A DNA stretch of 64,000 nucleotides from Cyanocohniella sp. LLY. Lineage in GTDB: Bacteria > Cyanobacteriota > Cyanobacteriia > Cyanobacteriales > Nostocaceae. The notes beneath the pieces were generated by a model that was given only the letters and a program-made list of their open reading frames with translations, did no database searches and was not told where the DNA came from. A program made the position numbers and the translations under genes. The stretch lies in NCBI GenBank assembly GCA_022241785.1, contig JAKOMP010000016.1, positions 2,040-66,039 on the forward strand, in the 5' to 3' direction. Of this stretch, positions 18,268 to 29,186 are shown piece after piece; positions within the stretch are counted from its first letter, which is position 1, and each line of letters starts with the position of its first letter.

Positions 18268-19155
18268 TTATTTTGGTGCAGTTTCGTCGGAAAGAGTAGT
18301 AATGATTTCACTCAAAAGGCGTTCGCGGTTACGTTCTTCTGGTGTTTCCTTACCTAACGAGGTATCCTTCACCAAGCGGTAAATGTCGGCGGCTCCGTAA
18401 AAAGTCCGCTCAGTCAAACCTACTTCTTTAAAAGTTTCCGCAATCTCTTCCATTTCTCCGATCCAACGATGTGCTTTTGGTGTCATGGATGGAATGGAAC
18501 GGGTGAGAATAGCCGCAAGTTCTGGTTGACTGCTAGATATTTCGTTCCATAATTGCTCATCCAAGCCTAAGCGATGGGCGGCAATCAGTAATTCTGTACC
18601 AATAGCTGTTAATCCTTTCGTTAAGGCGGCGTAAGACATCTTCAATCCTGAAGCCTGACCGATTTCTTCGCCAATAATTCGGATATCTAATCCATAATTT
18701 CCTAGTTGTAGAAATTCATCGGTCTGTTTTCCTGACGCATAAATGCGGGTACGTCCGGGAACTCTGGGAGGAGGGCCAATGATAGAAGCATCGATAAATG
18801 TTCCTCCCACTGATTCGATGATTTGGGCAATACGCTTTACTTTTTGCGGTGCGATCGCATTAGCATCAACATACAGAATTTGTTTCCCCACATTATCTAT
18901 AGCTTCTGCTACTTGCTTGGCTGCTGCTTTTGCGGCTGCGGGGACAAGAACTGATAACACTACATCTGATTGAATTACCAGTTGTGTGAGAGAACCGACA
19001 TCTTCGATATTGGCTGCGGCTGCTAATTGCCGAGTTCTTGGACTGCGATCCTCTAGCGCCGCAATGGTCTTTAATCCATTTTGATTGAGAACAGCTGCGA
19101 TCGCCTGTCCCATGTCACCTGGACTTAAAATACCGACCGTTTGTATTGCCGCCAT
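18268..19155 (-). CDS. NAD(P)-dependent oxidoreductase (6-phosphogluconate dehydrogenase-like N-domain plus DUF1932-like C-domain)
   Basis: N-terminal GILSPGDMG Rossmann motif. 295 aa. Confidence 0.6.
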   Translation of the reverse strand: MAAIQTVGILSPGDMGQAIAAVLNQNGLKTIAALEDRSPRTRQLAAAANIEDVGSLTQLVIQSDVVLSVLVPAAAKAAAKQVAEAIDNVGKQILYVDANAIAPQKVKRIAQIIESVGGTFIDASIIGPPPRVPGRTRIYASGKQTDEFLQLGNYGLDIRIIGEEIGQASGLKMSYAALTKGLTAIGTELLIAAHRLGLDEQLWNEISSSQPELAAILTRSIPSMTPKAHRWIGEMEEIAETFKEVGLTERTFYGAADIYRLVKDTSLGKETPEERNRERLLSEIITTLSDETAPK

Positions 19156-19228
19156 AAAACACCTGATTTTATGTGTATTCAGCTTTTAACTAATGCGCTG
19201 ATTTTAGTGATTGAGTTATGAAATAAAC

Positions 19229-19254
19229 TACTGTAACTTGATAGAATTACCGTA
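19229..19254. promoter_or_regulatory. 26-bp TAC-N20-GTA palindromic box (putative sulfur-regulon operator)
   Basis: TACTGTAACTTGATAGAATTACCGTA, in the divergent region between 19155 (minus) and 19308 (plus). Confidence 0.6.
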
Positions 19255-19307
19255 GTTAGTCTAAATAGCAACTTACCATAAATTATTCTGAGGAAGCAAG
19301 CTATTCC

Positions 19308-19754
19308 ATGAGTCAAAAAGCAAAATTTTCTCGATTTATCCTGGCTTTTGTGGCTGGATTTATTGCTGTGTTGGTATTTCACCAAGGCTTGCTGGCATTG
19401 CTTCATGCAATTAACTTTGCACCCCGCGCACCCTATCAAACCACGCCAACACCACCCTTTGGTATACCACAATTTATTTCGGCGGCTTTCTGGGGAGGAA
19501 TTTGGGGTTTAGTTTGGGCTACTCTGACATTACGTTGGCAAGTAAATAGAAATTATTGGATAGCGGCGCTGCTTTTTGGTGCTGTTGCACCGACATTGGT
19601 GGCTTGGTTTGTAGTTGCACCATTGAAAGGTTTACCCATAGCTGGAGGTTGGCAAGCACCAGGGATGATTACAGCTTTATTAGTCAACGGTGCTTGGGGA
19701 TTGGGAACAGCTTTATTGTTCAGTTGGTTTGCTAGAAGACAAGTATTGCCGTGA
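19308..19754 (+). CDS. Hypothetical integral membrane protein
   Basis: 148 aa with four hydrophobic segments. I recognise no family. Confidence 0.5.
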   Translation: MSQKAKFSRFILAFVAGFIAVLVFHQGLLALLHAINFAPRAPYQTTPTPPFGIPQFISAAFWGGIWGLVWATLTLRWQVNRNYWIAALLFGAVAPTLVAWFVVAPLKGLPIAGGWQAPGMITALLVNGAWGLGTALLFSWFARRQVLP

Positions 19755-20028
19755 ATCTTGGCGCTTTCGCATCCTGGTCTTACCAACAAGCACGAACAAT
19801 AATATCATTGACGAGATATATCATAGATGATAAGTTAGGGGGATGTGCTGGAATGTTGAATTGCATCCCTTACTTTCCACTCTCCAAAACTACATTGCTG
19901 CGATGGGCGGCAGTCTCATTATTACCGTTGAGCTTCCAAATAAGCAACCTGTTCGCCTCAATATGCTAAGTGACCTTGTAGACAATTAGGTTACGAACAA
20001 GATGATCCAAGCTACCCAACTCTAAATG

Positions 20029-20128
20029 CTTGAGCAAGCTATTCAATCAGGTTTTAAATTTGCGATCGCCTGATGAATTTGGATTTCGCCCAGATGAGCA
20101 ACAGATGGCTGAAGCTTCTAATGGTGAA
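20029..20128 (+). pseudogene. Fragment of a paralogue of the DUF442-type gene at 32571-33044
   Basis: CTTGAGCAAGCTATTCAA...TTTGCGATCGCCTGATGAATT...CCAGATGAGCAACA aligns with 32636-32745 and has an 11-nt deletion. Confidence 0.6.
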
Positions 20129-20130
20129 AT

Positions 20131-20793
20131 TCATTTTTCCCAGCCATCAATCAGTAATTGCGTAATCTCCTCTGGAGAATGAGCAATCCTATCAGCACCG
20201 TGAGTTTTTAATTCCTCCTCAGTTCCATAGCCGTAGGTGACACCAATTGCTTTAACATTGTGAAGCTTGGCTCCGATGATATCATGAGAGCGGTCGCCTA
20301 CCATTACCACAGTAGATGAGGCAAGATTTTCTGTCATCAAAATGTGATAAATTAAGTCACCTTTCACACTTCTTGTACCATCAAATTCACTACCATAGAC
20401 ACCATTTAAAAGTGACGATAAGCCAAAATATTTAATGATTTTTTTAGCATAAATATAAGGTTTAGAAGTAGCAACAAAGGTTTGATAACCAGCATAATGA
20501 AGCTCTTTCAGCGCTTCAGGAATTTGGGGATAAAGAAAATTCTCCAACAATCCAATCGTAGAAAACCGACTACGATAAAGTGCGATCGCTTCTTCCAATA
20601 CACCATGATCAGAAGTTTTCAGTAGCTGAATAAAACTGTCTTTAAGTGGAGGACCAATACACCAAAGTAACTCCTCAGTATCCGGTGGTTTATAACCGAG
20701 TTCGGACAGAGCATACTGAATACAGCGAGTAATACCCAGCTTGGGATCGGTCAAAGTTCCATCTAAATCAAACAAAATAGAAGAGATAGACAT
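20131..20793 (-). CDS. HAD-superfamily hydrolase (phosphoglycolate phosphatase-like)
   Basis: FDLDGTLTD motif I and VGDRSHDIIG motif III. Confidence 0.8.
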   Translation of the reverse strand: MSISSILFDLDGTLTDPKLGITRCIQYALSELGYKPPDTEELLWCIGPPLKDSFIQLLKTSDHGVLEEAIALYRSRFSTIGLLENFLYPQIPEALKELHYAGYQTFVATSKPYIYAKKIIKYFGLSSLLNGVYGSEFDGTRSVKGDLIYHILMTENLASSTVVMVGDRSHDIIGAKLHNVKAIGVTYGYGTEEELKTHGADRIAHSPEEITQLLIDGWEK

Positions 20794-20865
20794 ACCGTTC
20801 CTTCATGGTGAAGTTTTGAATTCAGAATTGATAGACGAGTGCGAGTTAAATAATGAGAAAGAGTG

Positions 20866-21906
20866 TCAACGAAAGTTAATTAATAGCTCATTCAGGGCTT
20901 CTATATCAATTAAAAAAGCATCGTGACCATAAATTGATTTCAGAAAACCTAGTTGAGCATGAGGAATTAAATCTGCTAGTTCTTGTTGTTCTATCGGTGG
21001 ATAAAGAATATCAGAATCAATAGCAACAACTAAAGCAGGTTGTTTAATGCTTTGCAAAACAGATTTATAGTCTTGACCTTGAGCAATATCATGACTATCC
21101 ATTGCTTTGGTAAGAGTGATGTAGGTATTAGGATCAAATCTCTCTACTAGCTTTTGACCATGATATTGTAAGTACCTAGAGATGGAAAATTGTTCAGCAG
21201 AAGCATCATACTGTCGTCCAAAACGATCTGTAAAGGTCTGCCAAGAACGGTAAGCACTCATCGCCATCATCCGCGCTACAGCTAATCCTTGGTTTGGTGG
21301 CTGTTCTGGTGTGTAGTGACCCCCAAGCCAATTGGGATCGGCATAAATAGCTTGTCTTTGAGCTTCACTTAACCCAATACACCAAGCTGAATGTCTACCG
21401 GAAGTGGCGATAGGTGCGATCGCTTGTACGATTTCTGGATATAATAACGCCCATTCTAGTACCTGCATCCCACCGAGTGACCCGCCAATGACTAACTGTA
21501 AAGATTTAATTCCCAGGTATTTAATCAGTGCAGCTTGTAAGTGAACCATATCCCGAATCGTAATCGCTGGAAATGAGCCGCCATAACGGATTCCTGTTTG
21601 GGGATTGATGCTAGTTGCTCCCGTAGTGCCGTAACAACTTCCCAAAATATTGCTGCATACAACAAAATTGCGATCGCTATCCAGTGCTTTTTTTACACCT
21701 AACAAACCTTCCCACCAGTCATCTGCATCAGCTGAACCAGTTAAGGCATGACAAATGAGTATTCCATTGTCACCTTCTGAGTTTAACTTTCCCCAAGTCC
21801 GATAAGCAACCTGAACCCCAGTTAAAACTTCGCCTCCTTCTAACTCAAATGGCTTCGGCAAATGATAATACTGAGTTTGTGGTGAAATGAAGTGCTGATA
21901 ATTCAT
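20866..21906 (-). CDS. metX: Homoserine O-acetyltransferase
   Basis: 346 aa alpha/beta hydrolase with a GGSLGGMQ nucleophile elbow. It is immediately downstream of metY. Confidence 0.85.
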   Translation of the reverse strand: MNYQHFISPQTQYYHLPKPFELEGGEVLTGVQVAYRTWGKLNSEGDNGILICHALTGSADADDWWEGLLGVKKALDSDRNFVVCSNILGSCYGTTGATSINPQTGIRYGGSFPAITIRDMVHLQAALIKYLGIKSLQLVIGGSLGGMQVLEWALLYPEIVQAIAPIATSGRHSAWCIGLSEAQRQAIYADPNWLGGHYTPEQPPNQGLAVARMMAMSAYRSWQTFTDRFGRQYDASAEQFSISRYLQYHGQKLVERFDPNTYITLTKAMDSHDIAQGQDYKSVLQSIKQPALVVAIDSDILYPPIEQQELADLIPHAQLGFLKSIYGHDAFLIDIEALNELLINFR

Positions 21907-21956
21907 CTATAGCAGGGAACGGGGAACAGGGGAATATAGAGAACAACGGCTAATGA

Positions 21957-23267
<1,311 letters not shown>

Positions 23268-23432
23268 TTATTGGTAGCAAATACAAAACAAAAAATATAT
23301 ATAGAGATATGTTGATTATATAGGACTCCTATTTGATTTTTGAAAAACCAAATTGCCTAGAAGCTTGTTATACAAAGGTTGCTTTCTCAGTATACTTAGC
23401 AAGAATCAAGTCGAATTTCTATATTTATCAAC

Positions 23433-23458
23433 TATTATAAGTCTATAGACTTTTAGTA
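23433..23458. promoter_or_regulatory. Degenerate copy of the 26-bp box
   Basis: TATTATAAGTCTATAGACTTTTAGTA. Its core AAGTCTATAGAC is identical to the 32375 site. It lies between metY and the rhodanese gene. Confidence 0.35.
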
Positions 23459-23778
23459 TATTAACATTTTTGACTCTCTATCTACTTACTGATTTATCTC
23501 ACAAGTGAAAAAAAAGCTGGACATACTCAAAATCATTGATACTGACGCACATTAAAATTTGCTGAAAAACCGCTCAAAAAAACCTGACAATGATATGCTA
23601 ACTTTCCTAGTTTTTAGCTATTGATTTTTTTCGGTATACATGGAATAGTAATATACATAATTATTAAATACGATTGTCCGATTGACATTAAGTATTTTAC
23701 AGAATAGGCAACTTGCAAAAGAGTTGTCATTATCTACAGTGTCAATGCGATCGCAAAGTATATTGCACAGCAAGGAGC

Positions 23779-24747
23779 ATGATTGTGAGGTTTAAATTTT
23801 CTTTAGAGAAATTAAAAAAAAATAAATTCTTCGTTTTGGGAGCAGTGTTTTTTGCCAGTTTATTCATAATGCCTCTGCTACCATTTTCAGCTGCATTATC
23901 ATCTACTAATAACAATGCCAAAATTCAATTTGTTTCCCCAAGTTGGGTAACGGAAAATGCCAAAGACTCTAATTTAAGAATCTTGGATGTGCGTAACTTC
24001 CCCTTAGACTATATAGAAGGTCACGTTCCAGGTGCAGTGAATATTGCTGATATTGCCTTCCGGGGGCCCCAAGAAGGTTTACCGGTGCAGTATTGGAGTA
24101 ATGAAAAAATAGGACAAATATTTGCCAATTCTGGGATAACTAACAATAGCCGAGTCCTTGTCTATTCAGACGATAGAGATGTTTTAGGTGCAACAATGGT
24201 TGCTTATTTACTAGAACGTTCTGGAGTCAAAGACATTGCTGTTTTAGATGGTGGCTATAAAGGTTATGAAGCATCTCAAGCAATCACCAAAGAGTTTCCC
24301 CAATATAAAGTAGGTCGGTTTACAGTGCGAGATAATCCGGCTGTGCGTGTGAATTTAGCTCAAGTCAAACAGCTAATTGGTAAGCCAGGAATCACCTTTA
24401 TTGATCCCAGACCAGCAAACCTTTTCCGTGGGGAAGAGGATATTTGGGTACGCAACGGACATATCCCCGGTGCGCGGAATATTCCTTGGCCGACATTTAC
24501 AGATGCTGATAATCCCCACAAACTCAAGCCATTAGCAGACATCAGAAAACTACTAGCAGAAAAAAATATTCGTTCCTCAGATGACATTATTGTCACTTGC
24601 AGTACAGGTAGAGAAGCAACACTACAATATGTTGTCTTGAAACATTTACTTAACTACCCCAAAGTAAGAGTTTACGAGGGTTCTTGGACAGAATATAGTA
24701 CTCAAAAAGATTTACCTGTAGCCACTGGCCCGGAACAGGTAAGCTAA
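23779..24747 (+). CDS. Secreted tandem-rhodanese sulfurtransferase
   Basis: Two rhodanese domains with an active-site loop CSTGREA. I prefer the ATG at 23779, preceded by AAGGAG, over the TTG at 23713. A signal-peptide-like N-terminus follows. Confidence 0.8.
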   Translation: MIVRFKFSLEKLKKNKFFVLGAVFFASLFIMPLLPFSAALSSTNNNAKIQFVSPSWVTENAKDSNLRILDVRNFPLDYIEGHVPGAVNIADIAFRGPQEGLPVQYWSNEKIGQIFANSGITNNSRVLVYSDDRDVLGATMVAYLLERSGVKDIAVLDGGYKGYEASQAITKEFPQYKVGRFTVRDNPAVRVNLAQVKQLIGKPGITFIDPRPANLFRGEEDIWVRNGHIPGARNIPWPTFTDADNPHKLKPLADIRKLLAEKNIRSSDDIIVTCSTGREATLQYVVLKHLLNYPKVRVYEGSWTEYSTQKDLPVATGPEQVS

Positions 24748-24775
24748 GTAAATATACATTCAGAGGAAACTGTTG

Positions 24776-24943
24776 ATGAAAATCGTCATGTTATCGATGG
24801 CTTTTTTGTTGGCCGGGGTTGGCGCTTTAGAACTACAAGAATTGCGTCTAACTAACAATACAGAGCCAGAAACTTTGGTAAGTTGTACAAGAAGCAGAGA
24901 TAGGAGATCAGAAAACTCTGATAAAGATCGTCCGCAGACTTAG
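24776..24943 (+). CDS. Possible 55-aa small protein with a hydrophobic N-terminus
   Basis: My own translation is MKIVMLSMAFLLAGVGALELQ... No family recognised and no clear SD. Confidence 0.2.
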   Translation: MKIVMLSMAFLLAGVGALELQELRLTNNTEPETLVSCTRSRDRRSENSDKDRPQT

Positions 24944-25011
24944 ACCAGCTAAGTGAGGACATGACATAGAGTTGTGTCCCACTGGCACTAGATCAACTTT
25001 GATATTTGTCT

Positions 25012-26196
25012 ATGACTAGTAGTATTGAGAATCCCTTACCATCAGCTCGACCCCAGAAATTAATTGTAGCGATCGCCTTAGCTGTATTCACAGGTGGAGC
25101 GGTAGCTTTAAGTACCTACGGTTGGCGACAAAGCGGATTATTTCTCATTGGCGGTTTGTTAGGCGTTAGTCTTTATCATTCCCGATTTGGCTTTAGTTCT
25201 GCTTATCGCAAGCTGCTAGTAAATCGAGACGTGAGGGGGATATATGCTCAGTTATTGATGCTGGCGATCGCCACTATAATATTTGCGCCTGTGTTAGCGG
25301 CTGGCTCGATATTTGGTCAAGAAGTTGATGGCGCGATCGCACCAGTGGGACTACAAGGTGCTATTGGTGCTTTTTTATTCGGTATTGGGATGCAGTTAGG
25401 TGGTGGCTGTGCTTGTGGCACACTTTATACAATTGGTAGCGGTAGTTACACCATGCTGATTACCCTATTCACTTTTTGTATAGGTGCATTCTGGGGAAGT
25501 TTAACTAGAGATATATGGCCTAAACTACCACAAACATCGCCAATTGTTTTGGGAGAAACTCTAGGTTGGGTAGGAGCAGTTACTTTACAGTTAGGCTTGT
25601 TTATCTTAATTGCAGGTTTACTGTGGTGGTGGAGTCAAAGCAATCAGAATCAGCCACAAACCGAGTCAGATAAATCGCCAATTTTCCCTCATCCCGGAGA
25701 AATTTTATCAGGCCCTTGGCCCTTATTCACAGGAGCGATCGCTTTAGCTATTCTCAATTGGCTCACCTTAGTCATTTCTGGAAATCCTTGGCGAATTACT
25801 TGGGGATTTGCCTTATGGTCAGCGAAAATCGCCACTATTTTGGGTTGGAATCCTGATAGTAGTCCATTTTGGGAAGGAATGTCATTCTCCGATATTGTAT
25901 TTACTGATGTTTCCTCAGTGATGAATATTGGAATTATTTTAGGAGCTTTATTAGCCGCAGCCGCAGCCGGAAACTTAGTTGCTAAAACTCAGATTTCTCC
26001 TTCATTAGTAATTGCAACCATTATTGGTGGATTAATGATGGGTTATGGTGCTTTTTTGGCATTTGGTTGTAACGTCAGCGTCTTTTTTAGTGGTATTGCT
26101 TCCACCAGTTTACACGGTTGGATTTGGATTCTTGCTGCTTTATGCGGGACTGGAGTTGGTATTCGGTTACGTTCTTTATTGCAATTATCCAATTGA
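25012..26196 (+). CDS. YeeE/YedE family (thiosulfate/sulfur-compound) transporter
   Basis: Two sulphur-transport repeats with conserved GGCACG and FGCN motifs. Multi-pass. Confidence 0.8.
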   Translation: MTSSIENPLPSARPQKLIVAIALAVFTGGAVALSTYGWRQSGLFLIGGLLGVSLYHSRFGFSSAYRKLLVNRDVRGIYAQLLMLAIATIIFAPVLAAGSIFGQEVDGAIAPVGLQGAIGAFLFGIGMQLGGGCACGTLYTIGSGSYTMLITLFTFCIGAFWGSLTRDIWPKLPQTSPIVLGETLGWVGAVTLQLGLFILIAGLLWWWSQSNQNQPQTESDKSPIFPHPGEILSGPWPLFTGAIALAILNWLTLVISGNPWRITWGFALWSAKIATILGWNPDSSPFWEGMSFSDIVFTDVSSVMNIGIILGALLAAAAAGNLVAKTQISPSLVIATIIGGLMMGYGAFLAFGCNVSVFFSGIASTSLHGWIWILAALCGTGVGIRLRSLLQLSN

Positions 26197-26269
26197 AATT
26201 AACTGTATTAAGCTCGGCTTAATCTAAATGACGCGATAATTCTGACAATACCACAACGTCTTACCAGCC

Positions 26270-27336
26270 TTATGTCCCAGACAAAGCATTTTCCAAATCA
26301 GCTTGCAAGTCTAATACATTCTCAATACCCACAGAAAGACGGACTAAATTATCATTAATTCCCCGCTTATATCTTTCTGCGTCTGGTAAAGAACCATGAG
26401 TCATTTTCGCAGGATAACAAAGTAATGACTCTACACCTCCTAAACTTTCGGCTAACAAAAACAGCTTGAGACGAGCAGCAAATTTTTCCACTTCTGCAAA
26501 ACCGCCTTTTAATTCCAAACTAATCATTCCACCAAAACCAGACATTTGTGATTTTGCCAATTGATGTTGTTCGTGGCTAGGTAAACCGGGATAATAAATA
26601 CGCTCGACTTTGGGATGTTGGGCTAAAAATTTAGCTAATATTAAAGCATTTTTTTCATGTTCTCGCATTCTCACAGCTAGAGTTTTAATTCCTCGCAGCA
26701 CTAACCAGCTATCAAAAGGACTAGGAACTGCTCCAATTGCATTTTGATAAAATTTCAATTCGGTGTATAGTTGCTGATTAGATGTCACAACTGCGCCGCC
26801 AATAATATCACTGTGTCCTCCTAGATATTTGGTGGTGCTGTGGACTACTATATCAGCACCATTATCCAGTGGTCTTTGAAAATAAGGACTGGCGAAAGTA
26901 TTATCAATTACTAAAATGATATTGTGTTGACGAGCAATTTTTCCTAACGCGGCAATATCAATTATTTTTAACAAGGGATTGGTTGGAGTTTCCACCCAAA
27001 TTAGTTTAGTCTGGGGTTGAATAGCAGCCTCAAAGTTAGTGATATCATCAATATCTACATAAGTGGTTGTCACACCCCAATTTTTCACCACTTTTTCTAA
27101 CAAACGATCGCCTCTCGAAATGCTTTGTCACCCCAAGTAATGGCATATTGGTTAATATCTGCCTCAATTGCTTGATAAGCTGCTTGTTTTAACTCTGATG
27201 GACAGGGAAAATCTGGAAACCCCTGAGCCAAATTCACCGCATCATATTGCAGTGCTACCCGTGTCATTTCTCGAATCACGGACTCTGTAAACTGGCTCGC
27301 TTTTGCGGATATTTTTTGACGCTGAATCTGTGTCAC
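26270..27336 (-). pseudogene. Chimeric remnant: 5' 79 codons of a class I aminotransferase joined out of frame to the 3' about 277 codons of a cystathionine beta-lyase/gamma-synthase-type gene
   Basis: The 27097-27336 product (..NLAQGFPDFPCP..) is an aminotransferase N-terminus only. The 26270-27103 product has the PLP-lysine region (STTKYLGGHSD) but lacks about 100 N-terminal residues. The junction sits on GGCGATCG. Confidence 0.65.
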
Positions 27337-27359
27337 CTGCTTTCTCCGTACATGAAAAA

Positions 27360-27385
27360 TACGTAAACCGTATAGATTTACTGTA
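27360..27385. promoter_or_regulatory. 26-bp TAC-N20-GTA palindromic box (putative sulfur-regulon operator)
   Basis: TACGTAAACCGTATAGATTTACTGTA, 23 nt upstream of the chimeric gene's start. Confidence 0.55.
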
Positions 27386-27450
27386 GTATACTCCCCATAA
27401 CCAGAGAAATGTCACGCCGCATTATGATTAACATGGGATCAATTGATTGA

Positions 27451-28335
27451 TTATAATTCTTCAGGATTTGGCCGCCAGCGTAAAATGTAGCTTTCTAAAG
27501 CCCGAACACCCCAATCAAGAAAAACACTAATCACTGCTAAAACTACCAATATTGCCCAGGCTTGATCTACATTCAAAATTCCCTGGGCTGACATCAACAG
27601 ATAGCCTAAACCTTGAGTTGAACCCACATACTCAGCCACCAGCGCCCCTACTAGAGCCATACCCAAACTTGTCCGAATCCCTGCAATGACCCAACTAATT
27701 ACCGAAGGTAGTACAACCATACGCAACATCTGCCAGCGATTAGCACCCATGACCTGAAAAGCAGAAATTAATTCCCGGTCAATGCTTTGGAGTCCCTGAT
27801 AGGTTGTGAAAAAGATGGGGAAAAAAGCACTCAAAGCTGCTAAAAAGACTTTGGAAAGTAATCCAATCCCAAACCAGATAATAAAAAAGGGCGCTAAGGC
27901 AATGCGAGGTAGAGAATTAAATACCTGGACGTAAGGCAGAGTTATTTTTGCCCCTGCTGGAGAATAAGCTAACCCAATTCCCAGGCTGATACCTCCACTC
28001 ACCGCCAGAGCCAATCCACCCATCGCTTCTTGAAAGGTGACAAAAATATGTTTAAAGATAATACCACTGAGAAATAGTTGCTTTAACTCTTGAACAATGT
28101 TGCTTGGTTTACCTACAAGGGCTGGTTCAATCAACTTGGGAATGTTAAATCCGCCTGTACCAAGTTCCCACACCAATAAAATTACGACAAGGGGTGTTAG
28201 CTGTACGGCTAGTTGTATTAAACGTTTTTGCCAGTTGGTTTTTTGCGGGTTAGAATCGGAAAGGTTTGTCTGTTCATGAGTAGGAGAGGGCGCAGATTGC
28301 CCAATGGTTAAGGTTCTATTGCGGATATTGCTCAT
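27451..28335 (-). CDS. ABC transporter permease (NitT/TauT/SsuC family)
   Basis: 294 aa with a BPD-type EAA loop region (ELISAFQVMGANRWQMLRMVVLP). Confidence 0.85.
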   Translation of the reverse strand: MSNIRNRTLTIGQSAPSPTHEQTNLSDSNPQKTNWQKRLIQLAVQLTPLVVILLVWELGTGGFNIPKLIEPALVGKPSNIVQELKQLFLSGIIFKHIFVTFQEAMGGLALAVSGGISLGIGLAYSPAGAKITLPYVQVFNSLPRIALAPFFIIWFGIGLLSKVFLAALSAFFPIFFTTYQGLQSIDRELISAFQVMGANRWQMLRMVVLPSVISWVIAGIRTSLGMALVGALVAEYVGSTQGLGYLLMSAQGILNVDQAWAILVVLAVISVFLDWGVRALESYILRWRPNPEEL

Positions 28336-28346
28336 ATTATTTTCTA

Positions 28347-29144
28347 TTAAGTTTTAAAGAGTGCGAATCCTCGATCTTGCTGTTGCAATACCTGTGTAGT
28401 TAAATCTGACCACATCTCACGCTGGATTTTTTGAAATCGGGGATCTGTGCGAATTGCGATCGCCGAACGTCCAGAAGGTAAATCAATTTCATATTCCTTG
28501 ACAATTTTCCCAGGACGTGGACTAAGTAAAAATACTCTTTGGGAAAGTGCGATCGCTTCATCCAGGTCATGAGTTACCAAAATAAAGGTGCATCCCGTAT
28601 CGCGCCATAATCGCAAAAACTCATCCTGTAAAAGCGCGCGTGTTTGAGCATCCAGACTACTCAGAGGCTCATCAAGTAACACTACATCTGGTTCATAAAT
28701 CAATGTCCGAATCAGCAAAACGCGCTGCTGCATTCCACCTGACAATTCTCTAGGAAAGCTATGCTCAAAACCATACAAGCCATATTTTTCTAGCAGTGCC
28801 AAAGCCTTGTCCCGTCCTTCCTTTCGCGGGACACCACGAATTTCCAGAGGAGCAGTGACATTATCTAGGACTGTCCGCCAAGGTAGTAGAGTTTGCTTTT
28901 GAAACAAATAGCCAATTTCTTTAATGCCACTATTATTAAAAGTACCTTTGACATCTGTACCAGGACGAACTAACCCCGCAATCACATTCAGTAAAGTACT
29001 CTTACCACAGCCACTTGGCCCAATCAACGCGACAAATTCACCAGCATGAATAGTCAAGTTAATATCTTGTAATGCTTCAATCCGCTTATTCTTACTCCAA
29101 TAAGAAATGGAGAGATTTTGGGTGGTGATCATAGGGGTTGACAT
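28347..29144 (-). CDS. ABC transporter ATP-binding protein (NitT/TauT/SsuB family)
   Basis: [17 protein letters not shown] and VVLLDEP motifs. I prefer the ATG at 29144 over the TTG at 29159. Confidence 0.85.
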   Translation of the reverse strand: MSTPMITTQNLSISYWSKNKRIEALQDINLTIHAGEFVALIGPSGCGKSTLLNVIAGLVRPGTDVKGTFNNSGIKEIGYLFQKQTLLPWRTVLDNVTAPLEIRGVPRKEGRDKALALLEKYGLYGFEHSFPRELSGGMQQRVLLIRTLIYEPDVVLLDEPLSSLDAQTRALLQDEFLRLWRDTGCTFILVTHDLDEAIALSQRVFLLSPRPGKIVKEYEIDLPSGRSAIAIRTDPRFQKIQREMWSDLTTQVLQQQDRGFALFKT

Positions 29145-29186
29145 AAGCAAAAATCCCAAAGAAGAATTAATCCCGAAAATTATGAA

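Noticed and set aside
19751-19969. 72-aa plus-strand ORF and short minus-strand reading frames between the membrane protein gene and the DUF442 relic.
   Set aside because: They have no start context and no family signature. The region looks like decayed sequence.
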